Source: Ptychomitrium polyphyllum (lineage: Eukaryota). From it: DNA of 64,000 bases. Made by a program: the position numbers and the translations under genes. Shown piece by piece: positions 11,504-25,314 of this stretch. The notes beneath the pieces were generated by a model. It was not told the DNA's origin, did no database searches, and saw only the letters and a program-made list of their open reading frames with translations. Numbering within the stretch: the stretch's first letter is position 1; every line of letters starts with the position of its first letter. The stretch covers positions 7,254,001 through 7,318,000 of the forward strand of contig OZ316776.1 in the NCBI GenBank assembly GCA_973851085.1, given 5' to 3'.

Positions 11504-14500
11504 TCATTGCTCTTCCAATATAGCTCCAGAGTGATTGAACCCACAGGATATTTGAACAGCTTTCATGTTTCTCAGCTTGATGTGCGTAGGCTCAAAAAAA
11601 TCATTCTCATTGCCTATTCCCTGCAACACAACATCACCATGGGCACAGATGTTTCAAAGTCAGCCTAGTCTGTTCCCTTCCACTAAAACCGTGTAGAATC
11701 AAGCCAGAAGAAAGTAGTCGAAATCCTACAAAAGGAAAGATCAGTAAAGGACTATCACCGACCCTTTATAATCCGAAGCTTGAAATTCTGTCTACTTTCC
11801 TTAGCCCCTACCACCCTAGAATCAACCGAGAGCATTGCACCTACCGATACTCATATCTGCTTCCAAACTACAAATTCAAATGCATGTGCCATTAGACTTA
11901 ATCATTAACCAAGAAGCACTGAATTTGTACACTTGGAGAGTAAGATACAATTCTGACCAATTGACCTCCAGAAGAAAGGCCATCCCCGCCATGTGTACCT
12001 TGCGAGCCTCCCCAACCCCATGCAAATACATTCCCTTCAACTGTCACACACAAACACAACAATGCATCATGTGGCAGCATAAACAAGGTTTTCTCTTTCT
12101 GATAACTGGTTGCCAAATTGCCAACCTTACCTTGTGATAGAGATTCCCTCTGAATCTTAAGAATCCATAACTGCGACCTTTGATTTAGGTGTCTGAATTA
12201 AAATCCTGGCATACATTACCGTATTGTTACTTAACAGGACAATAGCACCATTTATAAGCACAACTTGGCAGGAAGTACCTGTGAGAGCCATAGTGTGCTT
12301 CCAACCACATTCAACCTGCAAAAGTTGCAGAAGGAAACAGAGTCAACCACGTTGCATAATTCATCGATTATATAGACTAGTAGAGCACGATCTTATTGAA
12401 TACACTTTTGCTTCATAAGTGAATGGCCTACCTGTGTAACTCTCAGTGGCGCCAAAACACCCTCCACACGCATTGGCAATTTTGTTGCATTTTGATGCTT
12501 GTACCTATTGACCATTGTGATAACATTCAATTATAATCGAATTATACTCAATAGTTGTTGACAGGCAAAAGTGGATGCAACAGTCATTGTATGAGTCCAA
12601 ATGCTTGGATTGATTTGGATTGTCTGCTGAATGACTTATTATTCCAAGTAGACTTGACGTTACAATACTACAATAAGAGTTTACGAAGGTTACACTGCTA
12701 GTGGGAATCGTTGACCTACAAGGAAAATAGAAACTACATTTTCATTGATGAAGTCAGTGCCAAATCAGGCAACAGTGCGGTCTTCGTTATCACAAAACCC
12801 TACAAAATTTGACTCCTAGACATTGAATATTGAACACTTAATATTGACAAATGAAACCCTCGTAATCATAAAAATGAAAAGTATTGACTGACCCGAAACC
12901 AAGACAACCATACTCGTTGGAACCCCACATGTACAACTGACCGTTCCCTGTGACAGTACACACACAGGGACACGTAAGAATCAAAACCTCCTTTGAAGGC
13001 GTTACCAAAAGTAGATACAAATGCAATTCTACAGTCACAGTACTGTGAATGCAAAAGTGCTGTGATACGACAGTTGCAACTACGAATATAAGGAGAACAC
13101 CATTTTCGTCACTGCTAATCACAACGCGATCAACATAAATGAATGTAGTAACAGCAATGTACCACAAAATGTATCAGAAGTATAACATCAGTAAGATATT
13201 CCTTGTAATCCAGGTCCATTCATTTGAGAGACTAAGCAAGCTGATAATCCCAACTATTTTCAACATTTCAATAAAATATAACATCCAGAGAGTACGTCAC
13301 TAGCCTGAAAACTCTCAAAGAAGAGGGGATAACATACGAGATATTGCGCCAGTATGGTACCCTCCACAAGCTATCTTCTCGACCGGGGGAATGCTCGGTA
13401 CTCGCTTTGGCTCAGAAAAGTCTCTATCAACACCTAAACCCTGGGAACTTTACCATTAGTCATATCATGAAATCACGAACACATCTTCTAAGCGATCATC
13501 AGAAAACACACTAAGAAAAAATTTAAAGGAGCCATAAAATCGTTTAAGTATAGAGGTAAATGATAATAACCTTACCAGTTGACACTCCCGTCCTTTACCG
13601 AACGTGAACAGTGATCCTTGTTCTGTGTTCCATCCACTAATATCAATTACACTCCTTGTACCATTCCTCACTTTTACACGAAGCCATGCTAAACCAAATT
13701 TTTAGAAAACGGTAAATTATCTCTTTATAATCTCATATTCTCCAGGGAATATGTCCAAACACAGATTGTAGTATGCAGAGCTTGAATCAAGATACAAATA
13801 TATATTGCTCCTTGCTTGTGATGAAAGAAATCCACACATATTAATCAATACAAAAAGAATTACTGTGATCCACACCTATAGAGATAAACCAACAAAATGG
13901 ATATAGAAGTATTTAGAATCAACTACAAGTTACATTGTAATTAAGCTTCTTGCTCTAACTAAGTATAAAAAGCGGTTGGTACATGCCAACTGGTATGAAA
14001 ACTAACCATCAAGGCAGGCAGAGTGAGTCAACCCAGCAGCAACTTTTTCCACCTGAACAAGAACATACTATCAGGTTTAGTTCGTTTGTGATAAATGACA
14101 AAGTACCACAAGCTGTACAGTGGTCGTTTGCCCTCAATTGGCAGCAACGTCCCCCACGATGGACTTTTCAAAAGGCAATAACTAATCTGAAGATCAACCT
14201 CTTTATGATAAAAAAAATTGCCAAATTCTAAGGGGTGTTACAAGTCTTGTTTCCGACCTTAACATCCCGAAAGTCCTTCACTAGTCTGGGTGTATGTTCA
14301 CTGCAAAGAACAACCCACCAGATCACATTTTTGGTCCACTTCAAAATTGTGAAAGACCAAGAGATGAAGGTTTAGGGCGTAAGATACGTTAACAACATCA
14401 GCTTACAATTAAATTCGCTGCCAGTGTGATTGAATTTGAGTAAACAAAGGCAGAAAACGGGAAGCCCTTAAGATATCCATTCTCTTTATCTAACACCATA

Positions 14501-16173
14501 TTGTGCGGACAACATGTATTTTTGGTTACAGCAGGTACGGCAATAGCTACAAGTTGTATATAAACATTCCTAAAAAGAAGTCCTTACCTGGATTTACGAA
14601 ATATACTGAACATGGAAGATGACCTATGACCTTCTCCATGTCCAAGACGTCCATTCAAACTCGTTCCCCAGCTAAGCACCTCACCCTCCTCTTGCATGCA
14701 GCAATTCCCAGCACAACACGTGAGTTAACAAAGTGTAGTGGCGAAACTTTAGTGTAAGGTAACAAAGTGGGGTCTTTTGTTTTGGATCTATTATGACAGA
14801 ACAGAAGGGTTTGGGTTCTGGGGTTTAGGATTTAATCCGTGAACCTACAAACATTCAACAGGGAAAGAGGGTAATACCAGAGAGGGCAATCGAGTGCTCA
14901 GCGCCAAGGGCTAACATTTTTATACGAATATCCTTCAAAGAATCCACCCACTGAGCTGCACAAACTTTGCTCTTGGCCCCTGCCATTCCAACCCGTGCTG
15001 CTTTCTCACCACAACTGAATGATGATCAAATAAATGAACAACCCATTGAGGTAGGTTCATGAGAAACATGTTCAAACCTTGCGGAACTAAGCATCCTTAC
15101 GTTTTCCAAGCCCAAGTTGCCCTTGTGAGTTCCTACCCCACATGAAAACACGTCCATCCTCTGCCACATTGACAACACTAGTCAGTCAGTCTCAGAAGTA
15201 CTACTCTGATGACTCAACTAATACAAGAGAAGTGCCAACATTAAAGGAAGGACACCAAACCCCCATGCATGGGTAGCACGAACAAACGTCCTTCCGAGTA
15301 CAAGTGGAGTAAGCACCAGAAACAGCAGCGGAATGGAAGTCCCCAGCAGCAACATGCACAACTTTCGCATCATCTGGTAAACCCTGGACTTCAACAAGCC
15401 CCTGCAAGGATGAAGGTTGGCGTAATTAATCCTTAAATCTCTGCTTAAATAGACCTTCACAGTACCGACACGAACCACACGATAACTCTATTGAAAAACA
15501 TAAGGGCTTAATACATACCATAGAGTGGCCGGTTGACAAAGGCAATCCCAATTGACCCCAGTCATTGAGTCCTGATACATAGACACGACCCTCCTCTGTT
15601 GCAAATTGAATATCCACCTCATAAGCCAAAATTCTTGTAAGAAACTTATTCCATTTCAGTACAAGTAAAGGATGAGCACATCATACACCCATTAATTTCT
15701 TATGACACAACTAAAGAATGTCCAAAATCCTCTAATCACCATTTGCTTCATGCATTCCGAGAATCACCCCTGAATCTTTTTTTATATAAGGTTAAAGATA
15801 TCAAAACTCAGATCATAAAGGACATCCGGTCCACGATTACATTCTGAGATCTTGCCCCATGGAACTAGACATAGAGATAAAAAGGAAGAATGGGGTTTTA
15901 GGTAAAAGCCAAACCCGTGAGAACAAGCGTGTGCGCACCGCCGCAAGCCAGAGCAACGGGCTGCAAGTTTTGCATACTCAGGCACACCGTGGGCACCCAG
16001 AGGGATTCCACCGAGCCTTGGCCCAGGCGCCCAAAATCGCCATTGCCCCACAATGCTACCCATCTCTGCCTGTCGCCCACGCCTGACATCGTCCTCTCCT
16101 GCATAGACCCCCATAGCTGCCTCGCAGTCACAGCAAAGCCGCTCCGGAGAGGCCTCGCTGCATGCCTCAACAT
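11504..16173 (-). CDS. RUG1: RCC1-repeat protein, RUG1-like (RCC1/UVR8/GEF-like), ~14 exons, putative organellar presequence
   Basis: ATG at 16173 (MLRHAARPLRSGF...). RCC1 blades: ALWGNGDFGRLG, VALACGGAHTL, VAAGDFHSAA, LALGAEHSIA, IACGGYHTGA, VECGWKHTMA, ISCGFNHSGA. Stop at 11504-11506. All traced introns are GT-AG. The RUG1 assignment is from recalled similarity to Arabidopsis At5g08710. Confidence 0.88.
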
Positions 16174-16998
16174 TTCCCAATCTCTCTACAACGCAATCGG
16201 TCGAAATCCCCACTCTCTCCAAATTCATGCTAGGTTTGTAACCCTGCTACCAGAGATCACAGCGTTCCAAATGCACCCACATGCTCTGTTCTGACTCATC
16301 TGGATGCAGATCTCTTTGAATCTAGGGAATTGTCCGAAGAAAACAACAGAACTTCGGGACATCAAAGTCGCCACCGAGAGGATGATGATGAAATCTTTCC
16401 ATGAGATTGTTGAAATGGCAGATTGTGCACTTTAGTTGAACGACACTTGGACCGATCGTGGCCAAACATGCTTCCTGCTTTTCCGTATTCATCCAAGACC
16501 GACACATTTTCCACGTTGTTGTCACTGTTTCGGATGAAGTCTGAGACGGATTGTATCTCATTTCCTTGTTGGATTTCGAGGATGCTCTGGACATTTTCTT
16601 CACGGCGCCACATATCATGGTTTGACATCGCCGTTTCGATGCTATGCTTCAGTGAACCTTCAGAGATTATTGAATCCTTTGATCTCCGTTGCTGAAGTTC
16701 TTTGAATTTATGTGATCAGAGCAAGGAGGTAGATGAGGACGGAGAATTTGAGATCACGAATCTCTTGTGGAGGTGGTCGCCATGGTTGAGAGAGAACTAA
16801 ATGTTTGTGCTCAGCAGGGTGTTGGTGCAAGGTAGTGCACTAAAGCCGTCCATCGTTCAATGTTGCACCTAGGAGTATTTCTGTGTCGCACGCAAGAGAT
16901 GAGTTAAGCAGCCGTGGTATTTAGGAGGCCAAACTTGGAAGCAGGTACACCAGGCACTAGTTGCGTTTCGGAGAATCTCGGTTGTCAATTGTTGCGCC

Positions 16999-19090
16999 AT
17001 GGGTGCAGCTGACTCCAAGTTGGTTTCCTCGGAGGTATGGCTCTTGTCATTCTGTCTTCTCCAACGTTGCTATGCTCCTCAGGCTGGGAATTCAAGGATA
17101 TGATTATTAGGGTTACAGGATAGGACATGATATTCTTGCAGACATGTCTTGAAGTATCATCATATAGGAGGCTAATATTTTGTTTATGTGCATGGCTTGG
17201 AACGAGAATTCACATGTTTGCTTAGGGCTTAAGCAACTCTTGTTGTGGGTGATGTCCTGTTAGCATTAATATATTTTTGAACGAATCCACAAGGCTGGAG
17301 TTTCGTTCCGCCAAAGGGTTTTCAGTAGACCTATTATTGTGCAAGCGAAAGGTAAGATGGGTTTACATATGGTGGGTACAGGGGTTGGTGGATGTAATTG
17401 AGACAATCAAATCTGGACGAAGCGGTGAAGAAGTGAATCCTTGTCTAGAGAGACTTCGAAATTTGCATGTTGTAAGTTCCTCACTGATCTTGAATCTGCT
17501 TGAGAATCGTTTTCCCATGCACAGAATATTCTACGATTACCAGTTTACAGAGTCACCATTCATGACATAGTTGGTGGACTTAGGCTCATGTAATGAATGA
17601 CAAGCAAGAAGTATGAGTCAAACATGCAGAAAGTTGAAACACTCGAGCCTTGCACTGACCAGTGCAGGATTTCCACCGAGGCGAATCGTTGTGCTAATTT
17701 GAAATGCTGAAGGTTGAATGTTGCTATTGTCGTAGGCATTGTTAGTGGAGCCTAAGAAGAGAAAGCCAGATGCCTCTCATGCTCGCTCTGTAGACAACGT
17801 AGCATGGCCAACAGGTGGGTTCTGCTGCCCAAGCTCGTCACTCAACAAACAATCAGCTTATAAAAAACTTTATCTTTTTTTTGGTGGGGGACAGGCTGGA
17901 CCTATATTGAAATCGCCGAAGGGGGAGAGCAGTTTGACAGACGTTCTATTGCAGCGGAACTTTTCTCAATCCGTCGATTATGGTCTGTTGTAAATATGAT
18001 CAATCGCATGGCAGTCTAAAATACCATGTTCCTTCTGTACTGTGTATGAGAAAACGAATTTCTCTTTCTGTTTAAAGTACTATTAGTATGGTGATAGCTG
18101 ACTAGCATGGAGGATGTGCCTAGAAAAGTAGGATTTTTAGATTTGGGCTTTCACAGACATACTAGTAAAGTTCCTTAAGTTGTAGTTCGTGGACTAGTTC
18201 TAGTGACTATTCATTTATCGGTTCCGTCAGAGGTCAAGGTACAAATGGCTGATATCTTTCTGATATGTTTCTGATGTTCTAATTGTCTTGTGACAGGTGC
18301 ATTAGATGCAACCACGACCGCAAAACTACTATTTCTGTATCAGGAGTGGCAACGCCTCACCGCTGCTAGGATCAGCAAGAACCAGGTATCGTATTTTTAT
18401 TTCTACAATTTCCATTGCAAGGTCACTGGATGCTTGGTTTTGTTTCTTTTTATTCGTTTGATTTAAACGATATAAGATTCTAAAATGATTATAAAATAGA
18501 TGTCAACGTCAATATGCCAGTAGTTTTGATATACCCTGTGGCCGCAATTCAGTCGATTCTAATTGTTTTCCTCGAGGAACAGGAAGAAATAGGTTTCAAG
18601 ATAGATGCAGTGGAAGCAGTCGCAATGAAATTGATGCAACGACTCAATTACTCAACATCGGTTATGAAGACCAGTGCTGTACACCTTCAAGACGGTACAT
18701 CCACTTCCTCACTTCAACTTCTTCACAACCTATCTCGGCAATAGCAAGCGTCACCTATTACTGTCCCTTCTACTGCCGTGAAGAACTGCAAGAGATTGAT
18801 TGCCATCGGATGTATGTGCTGTTTGGTTTTGTTTTGTTTCTTTCGTTTGAATCACAGTGGAGTACTTGAAGGTTGAGGTCCGGGAGATGAAGAGGGCACT
18901 CAACATTGCTCTTGACAAGTATGAAGCTCTTTGTAAGCGCGTTGAACTGCAAGGACCTGACTTCCTGCACAACTCCACCCGACCATCCTCACGACCACCT
19001 ACTGCCCTTGCCACAGAAATCTCGTTAGGTGGAGCCTTGCAGCAGATTTTCAGGACTGCTTCTAGTGTGGTTGATACCAGACCTGCTTAG
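16999..19090 (+). CDS. Putatively N-myristoylated coiled-coil protein, BORCS5/LOH12CR1 (myrlysin)-like, 6 exons, ~215 aa
   Basis: Exons 16999-17034, 17382-17471, 17895-17982, 18297-18385, 18583-18694 and 18858-19090 total 648 nt in frame. Starts MGAADSK. Core ...PCLERLRNLHVAGPILK...LDATTTAKLLFLYQEWQRLTAARISKNQEEIGFKID... Confidence 0.8.
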
Positions 19091-19577
19091 TTTTCGCATT
19101 GCCCAAATGAGCTGAAATGTATTGGATTCCTGTATTCGCTAACATCTACTGGGTACAAACATCACCTTACTACACCAGGTCAGCATTTCTAGACATAAGG
19201 TTCTCAGCTGTGTAGTTTGAGCATGAATTCCAACCAGGGAGATGCCATTAAATGGAGATATGGGATTGTATTCTTGCAAGCTCGGAAGGTCATGCATGCA
19301 TTTATGTATGGACTACATAACCAATGAGGCATGTGAGCATTTGGTAGGTCATAGTACATAATGTGGTTCCTAATCAACCTTCTATTTTTGTATTAAAAAG
19401 GTATGATTCCAATGAGTGATGCATGAAAGGGTCGTAATAAAAGGACACCGTGACTTAGAATTTTAAGCAAAAATCAGTTTTTCTTTATTTTAATATATTA
19501 AAAGTTTTGAATTTAATTTGGCATAAACTAACCTATTTGAAATGATGAAATTAAAATATCAAATGATATAAGGCATT

Positions 19578-19633
19578 CGACAAGACTTGGTATTTTATTT
19601 TTAAGCGACAAGACTTGGTATTTTATTTTTAAG
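19578..19633. repeat. Perfect 28-bp tandem duplication CGACAAGACTTGGTATTTTATTTTTAAG x2
   Basis: Read directly in AT-rich intergenic DNA. Confidence 0.9.
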
Positions 19634-20982
19634 CTTCATCAGATGTAGCAATTAAGAATTGTAAAGAAAATTTTTATTAGAATTTGTAGTCCTTGATTTT
19701 ATAAAATTTTATAATTAATGTTTGTTTGTTTTGGATGACATCTACAAAACAACGTTATTGTTGTCACTCTTTTTCTTCTCTTCTTGAATTGAGCATTTTT
19801 GTAGTAGAGAAATGCAAAAATTATAAGGCTTACAATTATTGTAAACTTTTTTGTAGACTTTTGGTCTTTTTTAAATTACAATTTTTATGAAGTACAAGAA
19901 TTCCGACAACCTAGAAATAATGTTCAAACAAAATTAGAAAATCAAATACTTGAATGGTCACTTTTATTCCTATTTTGTAAAATAATATCCTTTCCAAAAA
20001 TGGCTACCTTTCCGAACAACTCTCTTTCCAAACTATGAACAATCACCCCCATGTACACCATAAATTCCCAAAATCCTACACCATTACGAAGAATACCTAG
20101 GTGCCAAATGCCAACCGCTAATCCAAAGGTAGTCCAAACTTGTGTTAAAAAATGCTGTAAATGTTAAAACCCTTATTCACGGCTCCTTCAAAGGCCGCGG
20201 CACTGCACAAGCACACCAACCAGTAAAAGCCTGGTCGCCACTTGTCCAGCCAAGCGGACGACTGAACGGTCCACGTGGACTGCTGACCTGGACCCGCTTC
20301 TCTGTCGCTGCCGTCCATCACCACCACCAAGTTCCCAGTGTTGCTGCATGCGTTCGTGGATCTGCCATCGCCATCACAAGTTCCTTGGAATGGTCAAAGT
20401 TTTACCAGGGGGGCGCTTGGGACCGAGAGCTCAGTTAACTCACCACTAGCTCTGCTGCTCTGCTTAATCGCCTGCTTCCGCGGTTGCTGTGGCACAGGAC
20501 TATATTGTAGAGGAAGTGGTCTCTCGTCGTTGAAGCTAAATTCTTTGTCTTGGGTGCACTCCATATTGGCAGGTGAAGCTCTTCAGGGAACCATAGTTTG
20601 TCCTTTTGGGAGGGAGGGAGGGTCACTTGTCCCAGTTTGCAGATTCTCATCTTCTTTTGCCTAGACTCGACGCAGATATGCTTGGTGCTGGACTGTCGGT
20701 GATCTGTGTGGAGAGATGTCCAGATTGATTTTTACGTTCTTGTGCTAAGACAGGTTTTAGGAGTCGCTGACGAGGTTCATGTCATTGTGTCAGAATGGCT
20801 TGAGTGAGATGAGTAGCCCATGTAGTCTGCTCTGAGAGGTCCCTAATTTGGCCCTAATCTGGCCCTCATCTGCCATCAGCTGGCATTGTAGTGGATATGC
20901 ATTTCTGTTTCTTTCTTTATGTAGAGGTGAAGTTTCTAACGTTGGATGTTTGATTGATTGCTTGTTTCGTCGTAGGATCAAA

Positions 20983-23900
20983 ATGGCAGGCTCAGTGCAA
21001 GACTGGGTGAGGGGCTCCGTGCTTCCCAATGGCATTGCCGTTATCACCTTGGATCGCCCCAAGGCCCTCAATGCTATGAATGCAGGTTAGTTCATCTTTC
21101 TCGACTCTTTTAATTGTCGTTCCTCTCTAGAGCAGGAAGCATGGAGCATAGATTGTTGAGAGAGATTTATGAAAACGGAAGGGTTTGGAGTTTATGCATT
21201 GATCGATAGATGGCTAGGATGTTAAACCTCGATACGAAAGGAATATCTTGATGGTTTTCTAGGATCAAAAACCTAATTTCCCAGTTGCTGGTCATCCGTG
21301 GAGTTACTGTCTGAGTTTGTTGGCAAGCACCTTTTGTGTAAATTCGTATTCTACAGGCAATTATCTCTGGTCTTCTTGCTCAACTCGGGTCAAGTTGGTA
21401 GAAGGATGAAGGAGCGTGAGTTGTACCTTACAATCCTTGGAGCACTAATATTTCGTTTTGTTTGAACAGATATGACGGCGCTGTACAAGAAGTATCTTGA
21501 CGAGTGGGAGAACGATAGCAAGGTGCAGGTAGTGCTGGTTGAAAGCTCCTCCTCGCGCGCCTTTTCCGCAGGTTAGCTCTCCTCACTCTTTCTTAGTACT
21601 TCAGTAGCATTTCAATCGAAAATTTCGAGCTTGCAGTCCTTAGATGTTGAGGAAATCGCTTCTCTGACACAATTGGTTACACCTTTTTCTTCCTTCATTC
21701 ATGGTGCTTGAAAAGTTGTTGGAATTCAACAGTGGGGTTGTAATAGGTGTTTGAAAGTAATTCTTTTTACATTTCAATAGTAATTCTTGTCACAAACTCA
21801 ATTTCTTGTATCTCTACAATTTACTATACATTTGGATCAAAAATGGATAAAAACTTGGATCTTACAGAGATAAGAATTAATGTTTGCCTTGATTGGTTGC
21901 AGGCATGGATGTGAAAGGGGTGGCAGCTGCGGTACAAGAAGATGTGAAGACATCTGTGGTGCCTACGGTCTGTACAATATTCGCTGTGAATTAATTTGAT
22001 ATAATTGCTAAGTATCACATAGAGCGAAGGTTGTGCAAAGTAAACATACACCAGACTCAGATGCACTATTAATCAACCAAACTTGGCGGTCAGTATTCTT
22101 ATTATCGGTTCTTGGTGTTGGTGTTGGGACATTGGGATGTGTGATACAGGCATTCAGCAATGAATATAAGCTGATTTGTCAAATAGCACGCTACAAAAAG
22201 CCTTACGTTTCTCTGATGGATGGTATTACAATGGGGTTTGGAATTGGTCTGTCTGGTCATGGTCGCTTCCGCGTGATAACTGAGGTATACTATCAGGCTC
22301 TTGTCTCATTCACAAACTCTGGTTTATGTAGCTTTGTTCTTTAGGTGTTCTAGCTACAGGCTCAAATTGGTTGTGGCACTCGAAGACCATACAGTGAGTA
22401 CGTCCGTTTGTTTGTATTAGATGAAAGATTGTGTTTCAGGACTCTATTTGACTGTGAATTAATCAAACTGAGGTAGTTTGTGGCAGAAAACTATGCTAGG
22501 AATGCCGGAGAATGGGATTGGCCTTTTTCCTGATGTTGGTTTTGCACGTATTGCTGCAAGAAGTCCAGGAAAAGGATCAGTGGGTAAGTTTTCTCATCAT
22601 AGTACACTCATGACATTTCTGCTACTCAAGGACGCAGTTCTGGTTGTTTTATAAGTAGTATCAATTTCATTAAGCGGGAGTGTGCACATAGACATGCTTC
22701 TGAAGATTAACTTTCATGAAGCCAGAATGCAGTTTCTAACTATTCATACGGTACTTGGTGGCGAATCTTGTAGGCGCGTACATGGCTATGACAGGAGCAA
22801 GAGTGACTAATCCAGCTGATGCTTTGTATGTTGGACTGGGTACACACTTTGTACCCACAGACAAGTTGTCATCTTTACAAGAAGCTCTCCGCAATCACAG
22901 CTCGTATGTCTCTAGCACAACTTTGGATCTTTTGTACGAACATTGATTAGGTCATGAACCTTAATATGTTTGGCCCTTTCTGCGACGTTTCTGTAATCTG
23001 TTGTGGCTTGTTTCTTTTACGAATATCTCTACCATTAAGTGGCAGCTGTGGTTCTCTTTGGTCGTAGGATCTGCAGCTTTAGTTTGTTAACATGCTATGG
23101 GGTTAAACGTGCAGGCTTGATAATGCATGGGAGGCAGTGGAAGAAGTTTTGGCAGGCCATCACGTAATTCCAGAATCGGATCCGTCACTTAAAGCTCTAT
23201 TGCCTGCCATCACCGCCTGCTTCGCTGCCAACCTATCAGTGGTGGACACTATGATGGCCCTAAAAGAACACGAGCGCTCTGATGACTCCTCAGGCACGTT
23301 ATCAAATTTCTCTAGGAGAAAGTTCATTCCAGTATGTTAAAACAGTCAACTGATAATTGTAATCGAGGATGGCGTCACAGTGTTTGCTATTAATGGATGT
23401 AGTGTTGGTAGTCCGTTGGTGCTAGTCTTGATTAGCTGAGATTTTAGATGCATGACTGAGATGTATTGCTGTGTTGACCTACAGTGGCTGAGTGGGCAAG
23501 AGGAGCATTGGCCGGAATGGCTAAAGGGGCTCCCTTTAGCCTTAGTGTGACTAAGCTTCATTATGCAACTGTAGCTCTTGCGTCAGAGAGCGCTGTTCCA
23601 GCAGACTCACCTGAAAACGATATTTCTGAGGTTGAGGTTCTGAATCTCTATATATTGCTGGCTATTTGAGCAATGGTTCATTATTATTCATTTGGGCAAA
23701 TTGCATGTTAGGTTAGTCCTGTTAACTGATCAGTCTTTTTGGAGACTACATTGATCTCCTGGTAATCTAGGATCCAGTTTAAAGTCATTTTTGTCATTTG
23801 GTTCTTTGTGTTGTAGAGCGCAATTACCCCATATGCTGGAACATCAAAACTGTTCTGACGCTAAATTGAAACTTTTCTTGACCTTGTTGATGTTAATCAT

Positions 23901-24433
23901 GTTGTACATCTTACCACCACCAATTGTGCAGTACCTAAGTCCAAACGGATTCTGATTTTGCAGATTGAAGGAGTCATGAAAACCGAATTTAGACTAGGTG
24001 TAAGGACATCAACAAGGCCGGATTTCGTAGAGGGCGTGCGGGCAGTGCTCGTTGACAAAGACCAAGTAAGCATGAGAAAAAATTCTTTGCATAGCCTCCT
24101 CATTAGGTTTGTTAACTTAGATGCTTCTCTATTTGATGTACTGTACTTTATAATGCGCTATCTCTGTTAAGCTGCCACATTTACTATATATATCCTCTAT
24201 TCTAAAATGCAAATACTTGTCGGTATAGGTGTCTAATGGCATATCAAAGAAACAGGTCTGTTTTGGTGATGTATGTCTTTCCATTCATAATCTCTTGGAT
24301 ACTGAGGATGTGGCAGAAACCCAAGTGGCAACCACCAACTGTTGAAGATGTGGCATTACCTGATGTGGTGGCCTTATTTGAGAAATTCGAAAATCCCACC
24401 GATGAGTTGGAGGTCACAGCTCCAACTGCTTGA
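20983..24433 (+). CDS. 3-hydroxyisobutyryl-CoA hydrolase-like protein (crotonase fold), 10 coding exons
   Basis: Motifs [78 protein letters not shown]. Coding exons approximately 20983-21085, 21470-21571, 21903-21967, 22150-22284, 22487-22583, 22774-22903, 23115-23293, 23485-23630, 23964-24065, 24317-24433. One intron appears to be GC-AG. Confidence 0.92.
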
Positions 24434-25314
24434 CGACTTCATATGACGTTTCATATTCGGTTATGGAGATGCTCAAATCATAAGAACTAGGCAGGCTCTA
24501 ACGCTTGCTTGACCTTCTACTACCATTTAAGTTTGTTACCATCAGTGTTCAGTTTGATATGTACCTGACTGCCTTCACCAAATCTGAGCTATATTTATTT
24601 GCTGACACTGGTCGCTTGAAGGATCTGTTTCATTAGGGTGGGTGGTACGCAGAAAGACGAAAGTATGTAGGACAAATCGACATGACTGCAATACTCATCA
24701 ATTCTACTAATTGTCGCATCTACGGAGTAGGTATACCAGCGCTGAGCCAGACAGGCAGAATATTAAATTGATATGCTGGAGATCAATGTGACGACAGCTT
24801 GCATGTCAACGAAGCAAATTGGTCACATGATTTGCCCAGTGCACACAAAAGTTTTTGATAATTTGTTCAAGAGCGCCAAAAACAAGTTTTTCTCCCTTCA
24901 AATTTTTCTTGTTACTTTATTGTGCTATGAATATGTATGCTGAAAACCCACATCAAGTATCAATTGCGATGTTCTATCATCAAGACCTTGGTTACACAAC
25001 TACTGCTCCTTACAATTAGAAAACTACACCGTCTCTCAAGTACTTCATCATGAAGACACTCAGAGTTTTCACAAAAGCCTTCACCTAAGAACAATCAATC
25101 CTCGTGTTCAAATAATTAGTAAACAACTTCATCTATATTGAGTCGAATAGGAAATTGCACTCTAAGCAGGAGGGGGCATATTAAACATCTGGGACCAGCT
25201 GCGACTCAGAAATTGTCACGTGATCGTCCTTCATTGTGGTTTCTTCACGCCGATTTCTGTAACTTTGAATATTTGTGCTAATTTTTTTGAGGACGGAATA
25301 ATTGAACCTCGAAG

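Noticed and set aside
16322..16695. Overlapping 88-98 aa ORFs as an independent gene
   Set aside because: No recognisable domain or splice structure; kept only as possible uORFs.
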